Origin: a virus | DNA: 64,000 bases | Virus record (IMG/VR): IMGVR_UViG_3300009499_000001 | Location: 6,892-70,891 of that record | Direction: 5' to 3' (one strand) | Part shown: piece by piece, positions 27,345 to 37,600 of the stretch | Layout of the letters: every line of letters starts with the position of its first letter | Position numbering within the stretch: position 1 is the first letter of the stretch | Notes under the pieces: model-generated | The model's input: only the letters and a program-made list of their open reading frames with translations | The model's database searches: none | What the model was told of the DNA's origin: nothing | Made by a program: the position numbers and the translations under genes

Positions 27345-28418
27345 ATGGTGATTCGGTACGATTGCCCGCAATGCGGTGCACACATGGAATCGCCGGAGGA
27401 CCTCGGGGGGGAAGTGGACGAATGCCCTGTTTGCGGTGCCGCTGTGCGGGTTCCGCAGATGGCCATGCCCCCGGTCCAGCCACCTATCACAGCCGCTCCC
27501 CCCGTTATCACAGGCCGAGGCGCAACTCGACCCTTCTCGCCCGTGGTCATCTTACGCTGGCTGGCCATCATCCCTTGTGCCTTAGTCAGTGGGCTGGCTG
27601 GCTTTTGGGTTTCTGCCGTGTGCATTGGCGGTGTGCTCGCCAACGCCGTTTCCTTGCCTGACGCTGTTGTCGTACCCATCGTTGTGTTTCTCGGATGCCT
27701 TGTGGGTGGGGCCGCGATGGCGTTTACGGGGGCTACCGTCGCGCCATCCCAAAAGGGATCCGTGGCAATGTGCCTTGGGAGCTTCGGTCTGCTCTTGAGC
27801 ATCACTGTGATTATCGGAGCGATTTCGAAAGGTGAATATGTAGGCCTCGGCGCTGGACTCGGCATCGCCTCTGGCGCCATTCCTTCGGCGGTCTGGCTTT
27901 ACCGCCGTCATCGTTCAGTCAGCCAGCCACCTTGTGTGAATCCTGAAAGCCGAGAAACCGTGATCGGGCACGAATGCCCAGAGTGCGGGGAGGCAATGGA
28001 ATCACCCCAGCCCTTCGGTGGAGCGACCGAGGTTTGCCCACGTTGCCACCGTCCCGTCATCGTATCCATTCGGCGACAACTGCGTGTGGACACACCCAGC
28101 GTCCCCTTCTGGACCCATGTTCGCAGAGTTGGCGTGATCCTGCTATTGGTGATCTGGTTCCTGGGTCCGATCTGTTTGTGGTTCTGGTGTTACAGCCGTT
28201 GGCCGCGAGTGAGTTGCTGGCTGCTGGTCGCCCTGGCGTTTGTGGAACTCGGCGGGATCTACCTTCTTCTCGTGCTCGGAGCAGGAGTGGCGGGCCTTGC
28301 GTGTTCTCTCTACTCCGCAGCGATTGCACCTCTGCGACGGCTCTTTCGAACCAAGTCGGCCACCCCTCGAACTCCATCCAATCTGAAATACCCACCCCAC
28401 AGCGAGGAAGAAACATGA
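27345..28418 (+). CDS. Multi-pass membrane protein with two Zn-ribbon domains
   Basis: CPQCGAHMESP....CPVCG and CPECGEAMESP....CPRC duplicated; about six hydrophobic helices. Confidence 0.75.
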   Translation: MVIRYDCPQCGAHMESPEDLGGEVDECPVCGAAVRVPQMAMPPVQPPITAAPPVITGRGATRPFSPVVILRWLAIIPCALVSGLAGFWVSAVCIGGVLANAVSLPDAVVVPIVVFLGCLVGGAAMAFTGATVAPSQKGSVAMCLGSFGLLLSITVIIGAISKGEYVGLGAGLGIASGAIPSAVWLYRRHRSVSQPPCVNPESRETVIGHECPECGEAMESPQPFGGATEVCPRCHRPVIVSIRRQLRVDTPSVPFWTHVRRVGVILLLVIWFLGPICLWFWCYSRWPRVSCWLLVALAFVELGGIYLLLVLGAGVAGLACSLYSAAIAPLRRLFRTKSATPRTPSNLKYPPHSEEET

Positions 28419-28699
28419 AAGACACCATCCTCCGTTTGGTCCTGCTGGCCCTCGTCCTGGGTCTCTTGCTCGGTTGCTCGGAGTCCGCCAGCGACAAACG
28501 CAGTGCCGCCCCTCAGGCCTCGGCCCGCGGGGCTGACGCTCGGAGCAAGCCGTACGTCGCCAGCGTCCTCCGCGAACCGTTCCACAAGAGCACGTGTAGA
28601 TGGGCCAAGAAGATCCATACGGAGAACCTCGTCGGGTACGACAGCCGCGAGGATGCTGTGGCAGATAAGCACCGATCGTGTAAGGTGTGCAAGCCGTAG
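28415..28699 (+). CDS. Lipoprotein with Ada-type metal-binding domain
   Basis: Lipobox LLGC; YVAS....FHKSTC..AKKI..ENL....SRE.A....RSCKVCKP. Confidence 0.8.
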   Translation: MKDTILRLVLLALVLGLLLGCSESASDKRSAAPQASARGADARSKPYVASVLREPFHKSTCRWAKKIHTENLVGYDSREDAVADKHRSCKVCKP

Positions 28700-28733
28700 G
28701 AGCCGTGTATCTTCGGACATTGGAGATGACGAA

Positions 28734-28853
28734 ATGGTTGAGGCGGGCTACTTCAAAGACTTGCTGGCCGAATCCCTGGCGATTCTGATCTTTGGAGGGG
28801 TGCTCTGGGGTGGGTATCTCATTTATCGGATTCTGAACCGACGTAAGAAGTGA
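28734..28853 (+). CDS. Small single-TM protein
   Basis: MVEAGYFKDLLAESLAILIFGGVLWGGYLIYRILNRRKK; GGAG RBS. Confidence 0.55.
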   Translation: MVEAGYFKDLLAESLAILIFGGVLWGGYLIYRILNRRKK

Positions 28854-29018
28854 GCGATGTGACCTCGGTTTGAGGTTAGACACGGAGGTTCGACAAGGCC
28901 TGCAAAAGGTTGGGACGCATCGTCCGGATGCCCCGGCGAATCCGGACACAATCGCTTATGCGAACATGAGTAACGCCATAACCCCCGACAGGCCAAAACC
29001 TTGGGAAAGCCGGCCTCA

Positions 29019-29064
29019 CTGACTCTTAATCAGCGGGTCCGGGGTTCGAATCCCTGGCGGCGCA
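29019..29064 (+). other. attP core: 3' half of tRNA-Lys(CTT)
   Basis: CTGA-CTCTTAA-TCAGCGGGTCCGGGG-TTCGAAT-CCCTGGCGGCGCA; anticodon and T arms without D arm or 5' acceptor, 39 bp upstream of integrase. Confidence 0.88.
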
Positions 29065-29102
29065 ATGACTTACGAAAATGGTGAGGCACGGGGTTAGGCA
29101 CT

Positions 29103-30173
29103 ATGGCCCTGAAGAAGCTCCCCGGGTCGCTCTGGAAGCACCCGAAAACGGGCGGCTGGTACTGGCAGGTCCGCAAACCCGGCGAGAAAAAACGTCGGTC
29201 TTTTCCGATGCGGCTGGTCGGCCAGCGGTACGCCACGAAGGTCAAGAGTCTCGCCCAAGCGCGGCAACGGCACTTGTGGAAGCAGTGGATGGGTCCGCTC
29301 GGCGCGCCTGTCCGAACCATCGAGACCTGGATCCTCGACTTCCAGGACTGGAACCGCAACACCGCCGCAGAACCTCAGGTCCGCTACAACGGCTGGATCG
29401 TCCGCCAGTTCGCTTCGAGTCAGGGGATCAGAGAGCCCATGGACATCACGCCCGAGGCCATTCAGGATTACATCACGGCCCGTCGCGAAGGCACGCTCGG
29501 GGACGACGGCGGTGCAGAACCGAAACGGAGGGCCAGTCAACGTACGCTGGTCGCTCACCGCAATGCCCTGGGGAAGTTCTGCCGGTTCCTGATGCTCCGT
29601 CGCCAGACCGACCACAACCCGGCTCGGCTGATCGAGCTGCGCCAGCCATCGAAGCGGCCCCCGCGGTATCTCACTGATCGGCAGATCAGCCGGCTCCTGA
29701 AGCAGACGAAGAAGATCGGTCCGCCGTGGATGTATCTGGCCGTCTGCGTTGGGCTGTACGAAGGCCTCCGCCGCGGGGAGATCGCAGAGCTGACCTGGGC
29801 CGACATCGGGACCGACGGCATGGTCGTGCATGCGGGGAAGACGGCGGACTGGCGGACCGTGCCGATCTTCCCCGAGATGGGGGCGGTTCTCGAATCGACG
29901 CCGCGTGGCGATGACGCCGAGTACGTCTTCCCCCGCCACAATCCGCGTTGGTGGGGAGAGCTGCTCAGTCGGATCACGGAGCAGTTGCCGGTGTTCCTCG
30001 ATGCCGAAAAACAGTGGAGCCTTCTGCGGAACACGTTCGCGGTGCAGCGGGCTCGGGGTGTCGGCATGAATCGCCCGGCGACGGTCTGGGAGCTTCTAGC
30101 GTGGCTGGGCCACAAGAACCCGACGACCACAATGCGGTACGTGAACATCGCCCGGGCAGCCCGCTCACTGTGA
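29103..30173 (+). CDS. int: Tyrosine integrase/recombinase
   Basis: GLRRGEIAELTWADI, GKT, LRNTFA, LGHKNPTTTMRY. Confidence 0.93.
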   Translation: MALKKLPGSLWKHPKTGGWYWQVRKPGEKKRRSFPMRLVGQRYATKVKSLAQARQRHLWKQWMGPLGAPVRTIETWILDFQDWNRNTAAEPQVRYNGWIVRQFASSQGIREPMDITPEAIQDYITARREGTLGDDGGAEPKRRASQRTLVAHRNALGKFCRFLMLRRQTDHNPARLIELRQPSKRPPRYLTDRQISRLLKQTKKIGPPWMYLAVCVGLYEGLRRGEIAELTWADIGTDGMVVHAGKTADWRTVPIFPEMGAVLESTPRGDDAEYVFPRHNPRWWGELLSRITEQLPVFLDAEKQWSLLRNTFAVQRARGVGMNRPATVWELLAWLGHKNPTTTMRYVNIARAARSL

Positions 30174-30174
30174 A

Positions 30175-30405
30175 CTATTCGCCCGCTTTCGATCTCGTGA
30201 CCTCTCGGATCAATTCCCGCCGCTCACGCACCTTCTCGGCCCTGTCCTCCAGAAACTCTATCAGTCCCCGGGGGTTGGAGTCCAACTCCTCTGCCACTAG
30301 GTCCAGCACATGGCATTGCGTCTCAAGGATCTGCGAGAGTGTACTCCCTCTCCGCGGGTCCTGGCGCTCCTGGACCGTCACTGCCATTGCCAAGGGCTCG
30401 GTCAT
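30175..30405 (-). CDS. Hypothetical protein
   Basis: 76-aa ORF convergent with int. Confidence 0.5.
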   Translation of the reverse strand: MTEPLAMAVTVQERQDPRRGSTLSQILETQCHVLDLVAEELDSNPRGLIEFLEDRAEKVRERRELIREVTRSKAGE

Positions 30406-30425
30406 GGGTCTTCTCGGCTTGCGGG

Positions 30426-30677
30426 TCAGGTTTCGTCCGGCTTCGCCACGTCGGCCATCCGCTTGCGGAGCAGGTGGGCCACTCCGTGCGGGTTCTTCAG
30501 CATCGTCTCGGCCAGGAGATCCAGGGTGAGCGAAAGGATCTCGCTGACCTGGGCGATGTCCACTTCTCTCTTGCCAGCTTCGCGGGCGGTGATCTCCTTG
30601 GCCAGCGCGTGGAAGCTCACGGGCCGGTTCGGCTTGTCGCTCGTGACCGTGATGGTCGTGGTGACTGCGATCTTCAT
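30426..30677 (-). CDS. Hypothetical protein (weakly HU-like helical segment)
   Basis: LAKEITAREAGKREVDIAQVSEILSLTLDLL; AAGGAG RBS. Confidence 0.55.
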   Translation of the reverse strand: MKIAVTTTITVTSDKPNRPVSFHALAKEITAREAGKREVDIAQVSEILSLTLDLLAETMLKNPHGVAHLLRKRMADVAKPDET

Positions 30678-30687
30678 GGCATGCTCC

Positions 30688-31401
30688 TTACTTCACAAGG
30701 CCTGCCGCTTTCTTCGCGCTGCGGACCTCGGCCCTAACAATGTTCCGAAGGGGGCTTCCTTCGGGCCCCGCCGCCTTCGCGATGCTCGCCTTGGTGCCGT
30801 TCGCATGGTCCGTGTCTTCCACGCCCGTAACAATGGCCCCTAAAGTCCGACTGAGTCGGTCCTTCTTGCGAACCTTGAGAATCCAGAACACCGCGCCGGC
30901 AAGGCCCAGGAGAAGGATGAGCAGCATGGCCCACGGGTAGCGGTCTTGGACAACGGCGACAGCGCCCACAGCGACACCAGCCACGCACAGGGCGATCCCC
31001 AGGCGCGCCATCTTCAACCAGATACAGACCACGACGCCTGAGACGATGCAGAGGGCGGCAACGCCGTAGAGGATCATGTTGCCCCGGCTGAGAGCCTTGG
31101 CTGAGAATTGGAGACTCCCAGCTTCCCCGGCCGCCCCATTGTTGATCGTCGCCTTGGGCGGCGTGTAGTTGAACTTCTCGGCCGCCTTGTCGCTGCTGGT
31201 CGACAGGCCCGGCCCCTTCGCCTTCACCGAGGTTTTCGTTCGGCTCGTCGGCACGCCCCGACTGTCAAGGCGCTCGGTGGTCTTCTCGGTGGTCACTTCG
31301 GCCGGGGTGACCTTCGTTCTGTTCCAGACGCCGCAACCGGGAAGACCCAGCGCAAGCACAAGGGCGATGCACAGCATCAGTCTGATGGTCTTGGTGTTCA
31401 T
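30688..31401 (-). CDS. Lipoprotein with three C-terminal TM helices (lysis; spanin/holin-like)
   Basis: Lipobox LPGC, soluble segment, three hydrophobic helices; end of late operon. Confidence 0.6.
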   Translation of the reverse strand: MNTKTIRLMLCIALVLALGLPGCGVWNRTKVTPAEVTTEKTTERLDSRGVPTSRTKTSVKAKGPGLSTSSDKAAEKFNYTPPKATINNGAAGEAGSLQFSAKALSRGNMILYGVAALCIVSGVVVCIWLKMARLGIALCVAGVAVGAVAVVQDRYPWAMLLILLLGLAGAVFWILKVRKKDRLSRTLGAIVTGVEDTDHANGTKASIAKAAGPEGSPLRNIVRAEVRSAKKAAGLVK

Positions 31402-31607
31402 GGTCTCGCCTCGATTCCGAGCTTGCCTTCGATCCGGCTCAAGCGCTGGTCGATGCTCGCGTAGCGGGCCTCAGCCTTGGTGATCCGAGCGGCATTGCCC
31501 TCGACGGTCGTGTACATGCAGCCCCACGCGATGCCGGCGCCGAGGAACATGCCCAAGACGATCAGCACGATCCCAACCCACGCGGCGAGTTTGCCGTCCT
31601 TAATCAT
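31398..31607 (-). CDS. Small TM + coiled-coil protein (holin/XhlA-like)
   Basis: One TM then RITKAE...IDQRLSRIEGKL; AGGAG RBS. Confidence 0.6.
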   Translation of the reverse strand: MIKDGKLAAWVGIVLIVLGMFLGAGIAWGCMYTTVEGNAARITKAEARYASIDQRLSRIEGKLGIEARP

Positions 31608-31616
31608 CTCACTCTC

Positions 31617-34600
31617 CTACCCTCCCAGAACCGCCCTGGCCTTCGCGAACGCCTCGGCGGCGGCTGTGTCGTCCCGCTCAAGGGCTTCCTTGCAGAGCCG
31701 TGTGTACTTCGACCGAACCGAACCCCTGGCCTTCGGGTAGACCCGAGCGACGGGGACTTTCAGCTTGCGCGCCCAGCCAGCGATGGTTCGCTTGTTCTTT
31801 CGTTCCTGGTCGGTATCCCACGCCGTCCCGGTCAGCGCCGCTTCGACCTTGCCCTCAAGCAATTCGGTGTACGCCAGCCGGACTTCGTCGGCGCTTTCCG
31901 CCGGCGTCGCCATGAAGGCCAGCTCCCCATTCATCGCGGCCTTGGCCATCTTGACCATGCGCTGCTGAATCGCCCGGTAGCCCTCACGTTTGGCCTCATC
32001 AGAAGCCTCCGAGTCGATCAACGCCCTGCCCTGCTTGCGGAGTTCGGCCAAGTGCCGGCTGATGCGGTGCATGGCGGACCGTTTGGCGCGCTGAGCGTGA
32101 GGGAAGTCCCTGCCGCGTTGCTTCGCGCTGCCGTGCTGGCGGTCCAGGTCCTCCATCTCCCGGTAGAAATCATTGAACACCCGCGTCGTGCCGGGCCGCA
32201 AGAAGGCCCGACCGATCGCCGGGATGTCTTGGAGCCCCGGGGGACGCGCGCCCTTCTCGGGAAGGACGCCGGCCTTCCGCAGAACCGTCTCGGCACTGCG
32301 GATACCAGCGACCGGCATGCCGCCGGTGTAGCTCCGTAGCAGGTGTTCGATCTTGGCTGGCGAGACGTTCAGCAACCTGCCGAGGGCCTTGGCGGTCTCC
32401 GTCGTGTACTGGTAGAACTGGTCTTGAGGTTCCAGGCGGCGCAGGGCTTCGGACACAATCGGCCGCTGGCGGAACCAGTCCCATCCCCCCGGTCCGAACG
32501 CGACTTCGATGGGTCCCTTGATTGCTGTCGGCGCGATCGGCGGCATGAAGCTGCGAATCGACTCTGCGGCACCTTCTTTGAAATGCTTCGGATCGTTGCG
32601 GTACAGGGATTCGCAGGCGGCTTCTGGCAGCGAACCGAACAGCATGCCCCACTCGAACGGCCGCGGGACGCGGATGATCGCGTCACCAACGGGTACATGC
32701 CAATAGCGATACTTCTCCCACACCGGAAGGTCGATGTACCAGTCCTCGTCCTTTATCAACCACCACAAGAACAAGGTCGGGCCGGTAATCCACGCCAGGC
32801 CCCGCAGCGTTGATCGCACGGGATGCTGACGGTAGGTCTGGATCATGCGGTTGGGACCTTGAATCTGGGCGTTGTGGAAGGGCACGACCCGATTCAGCCA
32901 CATCGCGACCGAGCCCCCCTCGCGGAAGTCCACGGTCACGTTCGCCGCCCGCATCTGGGCGTCGAGATATTGAGCCAGGGTGATCGTGTCGCCCGGCTTC
33001 CAGCCGGTTTCTTCCAACGCTGCCTTGAACTCGGCCAGTCGGGGCCCCATCTCTGTGATGGAGAACAGTTGGCGCAGCGATTCGATCGGATGCTTCATCC
33101 AGTTCAAGACTTTGCGGGTTGGGCTATTTGCAAGAACTTCGTCCAGCAAGTCCTGTGTGAAGACTCGGTCGATGGCCAAAGGCTGCGCCATCTCACCGCC
33201 CCCAGCTTTGTGTAGCCGAGCCACTTCTCTGCCGAAGACATGGTCCATGACGCCGCAAATGTTGCGGTAGATGAGAGATGGCAGGGTAGCCTTGCGTCCC
33301 TTGGTCCTCGTCTGCATGATCGCCGTGCCGGTGTCGCGCGTGGGATTCGTGTACCAAGCGAAGCCAGCCCGCAGTCCCGTTGTGGACAGCCGCAACATCC
33401 TAGCGGCCTTGCCGAAAGTCCACTCAACGATCTTGGGTAACTCAAACTGCTGGTCCACCGCCATCATCGCCCGGTACATGTCCGGGGCGACCTCATACAT
33501 CCGCAGCTTGCCGTGTTGCCACAGGACGATGATGTTGTCCTTGGCCTTGTGGTGGTACACGTTCTGGAAGATATTGATAACGGCGTCCAGGTCGGCATCC
33601 TCCAGGGCCACGTCCGCCGCTTCGAGCTGGGCCTGGAGTTGGCGAATCTGCGCGGAAGTAACTCGGCCACCCGGCGCGACCTTCTCGACGTACTTGCCCA
33701 TCCCCTCGTAATGCTCGGTCGCCTCGACCAGCATCTTGCCGACGCGAATCTTGTCGGCGAGGCTGAAGATTCGGTCGGCGTACATCATCGAGCTTTCCAG
33801 CGGGGAGATAATCGGGCGGCCTGATCCCTTCATCCTCCGAACCACTGATGGCAGACCAGCCAAACGGCCTCCTCCGACACCCTTCCCCTGCCGTAGGTTC
33901 TCGGCTTCGAGGCTTATCATCCTGGGAACATAGTGGGGATACATGCGGCGCATCTTGACTTTCCCTGCCGGATCCAAACCGCCCGCGTCCATGCCATAAT
34001 CAAGAAGCTGATCGTGCCACTTCGTGGTTCCGTCCGCTGCTTCTACCCAGCCTGGCCGGTCGCCGAATTGCCGGACGTTGAACCGTGCATCCGCCAGCGA
34101 GATGCCGGGATTCTTGCCGACAGCATGGATGTCGATGGCGTGTCGGGAGTACAGGAAAATCTCAAACTCAAGTTGCGTCTGCGGATCCCGCAAGTCCTCC
34201 ATGATCGGTTCCCAGACTTCCGCAAGGCTCGGACCGACCCTGTTGCCCATAACGTCCGGCATGTAATCCAGCACTGCCCGGCGCGCCCGGGCGGGGCCGG
34301 CCATGCTGGTGACCTTGGCCATCTGGGCGAATCGGTACTCGGCGGGGATGTCCGCGAGCTCCGTCGTGTCCGCCATGGCGTACATCGCCCGCCACAAGGG
34401 CTGGAAGCGGTTGACGAACTTCTCCAGGCCCTTCTGCCAAGCTTCCTTGGGGTCTGCGAACACGGCTCGCACCGTCTTCCAGCGCGTGGATTTCTTGTCG
34501 ATCTGGGCCCCCACTCGTGCCACGGCGCCCTGTGCCCGCCATTGGGTGATCGTTGCCTTGGCGTCGGCGATTGCCTCGGCGTACTCGCTGGTGGGCAGGA

Positions 34601-37600
34601 AGTCCTCCGTGAACCACTCGTACATGAGCGGGGCGGCGTCCTGAGCGTTCTCGGTGGTCAAGTAGAGCCGGACGAACTCCGCGACCCCTTCTTTGGTCCG
34701 TTTCTTCTCCGGGTCGTAGTCCAGCTCGCGGACTTCCGCTCTCACGTCCTTCGACAGCCGGCGAGAGATTCGTTCCCGCTTGTCGAGGTGGTGGGCGACT
34801 TCATGGCATTGAGAGGCGACATCGCCGTATCCCTTCGTCCGGGCAACTTCCTCGAACCGCTTGTAGATGCCCGCGTACGGGCCGCGGTAGTGGCCCGTCC
34901 GCAAGGGAACCCCGAAGCCTTCCGAGAGCACCGTGCGGATGTCGTTGATGCTGACGGGCCGGTCGGCCGGTTCCATCGAGACGGGGACTGGCGGCGCGGC
35001 GACCGGGCCGTGATCCACCTCGCCACTCCTGTTCAGGTATCTGACATCGGTGACCGGCCGGCTCTCGGTGACGCGCTGGAATACCTGGAGGGCTTCGTCG
35101 CCGGTCGGGATGAAGTACCGCACCTTGTAGCCGACGCGCTCGCGGAAGACGCCGTCGGCATCGAGTTCTATGTGAAAGCTGAGGTCGGGACCCAGGACCT
35201 CCAGGCGCGTCTCGCCGCCCACGAGCTTGGACCGGATCGTCCAACCGTTGCTGAGAACCAGGATGGTCTCACCATCGAGGGTCTTGTCGATCATCTGCTG
35301 GGGCGTGAGATCCATCTTCGGCTTGTCGGCACCCAGGGCACGCAGGATCCCAGCTACGTCGTTGGCGTTGATGATCCGCCCCAGCAGCTCCTCCCCTTCG
35401 TTTGTCAGCATCCGTCGTACACGCGGTCTCGCGCCGCGAATCCGGTCCCAGATCGGCAAGAGAACGCCCGTGATGAGGTGCTGTTCGCTCTCGCGGAACT
35501 CCGGCAGTTTCTCGACCTGCTCATCCCAGAGTCGTCGCGCCTCATCTTCATCGAGCCGTCGCCAGTATTGCTCGTTGTAGTCGTTGTCGATCCGCTCCAT
35601 GTCGATGAAGTCGTGGCCCTTCTGGTCGATCTGGCGGTACTGTCGTACGACCCGACCAGTCCTCGTTTCGGTGTGCGTGGGCCCCTGGACGATGGCGTAG
35701 ACCTTCCCTGCTCTTTTGGACTGGACGTAGAACAGGATGGGATGGCCGGCCCGGTGTTCGCCGGCCTGAAGGTTGTCCCATGTCACCGGGACGATACGAG
35801 TCGAGAGCTTGACCTTGACGTACTTGGTCTCCGCGCCCGTTTCCGCATGGGTGTAGACAACGCGGTCTTCCACCTTGTCAATTCGGTCGGCACGGACTGT
35901 CTCAATCCCGCGGTCGATGGTTCCGAGGCGAATGGCAGCGTCGATCCTCTCCAAACGGCGCTGGTCAAAGGCCTCGAAAATCTGGTTCTGTGTGTCGGTC
36001 GGGCAGGACAAGAGCCGGTTCAGGAATTGCCGCATGACCGGCAGGGTCTGGCGGAGATTGCCCTGGCCGTCGATGAGCCTCAGGGCCAGCGCTTCCTGCA
36101 CCTCGCCAATGCTCAATCCCTCCACGTCATCTCGGTACAACTCTCGCCAGAACTGCGATAGGGCCTCCCGGGCTTCGGTCGTGTGCAGGTTGTCCTCGGC
36201 GCTGAACAGGCCGCCACTGGTCGCCTCGCGCTGGCCTTTGGTGAGGGCCCCGAGCTGGTCAAGCCTCTGGGCAATGACGGACGTGAACCGACGTTCGGCG
36301 CTGAGATCAGTGGTGCACAGCGTGTAGATGGGAGCACTGGCTTGATTGGAACGGTGAGTTCGACCCATGCCCTGGAAGGCCTGCTCGGCACGGTAGCCAG
36401 GCTGAATGATGTAGTGGGAACGCCGCTGCTGGTTCTCATGTGCCAAGGAAGCGTGGTAGCTATCACCCGTGTTGCCGGCCCCGGACATCACCAGCAGGAA
36501 TTTCTTGCCGCCCATGAAAGCGGCGATTTCTGCGGGATTCTCTCGGTCGGCGTTGCGGCTGAGACGCTCTCGCTTTCGCGTCCCATCCTCCTGTAGGACT
36601 TCCACGACGCGCTGTCTTCGGCCGGTCACTTCGGCGACGTTCTCCACGGCGAAGTGGTCGAGGATGTAGTCCAGCGGGCCGCGCGGCACAGACAAGGCAC
36701 CCAGCTTGTCCAGCAATTGGTCCCGCATCCTCACGGCTTCCTGGTTCAATACGGGATTGCCGTCCGAGTCAACGACCGGCTCCATGGTAACATTGCCCTG
36801 GTCATCCGTTTCCTCCTGGTATTGTTGAACGGGGAAGGTGTGCTCTACAAGTTGCATCAGCGAATCTCGCGGCGTGATGTCAATATCATCCAGGTCCTGC
36901 TCGCTTTGCATCCCAGCCAGCGCCCGGGCCGTGGCAGCTTCGTTGGTATTGACCAGTTGGAGCACGACGCTACGTCCTTCAGCCAAGTCCTTTTCCGCGG
37001 CCTTGACCACGGTGGGCATCTGCATGGACATCAGGATCTGATTGAAGAATCGCAGGTTTGCGCCCCAGAAGGCGCCGCGAGCCCTCATCTTCGCTCGCGC
37101 GTTGCCGTCTCCCCCAGTGAGTTGCAGCGCTTCCTCGATGTTGTTCAGCACGATCCGCCAGGCCCTGGCGAACGTGTCGTACGCCTCCCGCTGGTTAGGC
37201 CTCAGGGTATGTTCGACGCGTTTGTATTCAACCGTCCCCTTCTCGGTGCCATCGTTGTAGGAGATGTTGCGGGCCATGTAGGAACCCATGGCCTTCATGT
37301 CCCGGGCGACCGTTTCCATCGCCGCTACACCACTTCGCGCGATCTCGTTGATGAAGGCCGCTTTGTTGGGGAACGGCGTACCACGTCCCCACAGTCCGAG
37401 GCGATCCGCATACGCGTAGTTCGCCACATTCGTTGCCGCAGTTGCCGTTGCGTAGACCATGCGACAATTCGGCAGGCGGTTCTGCAACTCGACTCCGACG
37501 CGAGCTTGTTGCGAGGGTGCGCGGGTTCCGAACGTCGTTCGGATGGCGATGGCGTTGCCCATGTTGTGCGCTTCGTCGAACACCAAGACGCCATCGAAGT

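Noticed and set aside
29019-29064. Complete tRNA-Lys gene
   Set aside because: No D arm or 5' acceptor strand upstream; interpreted as attP core.
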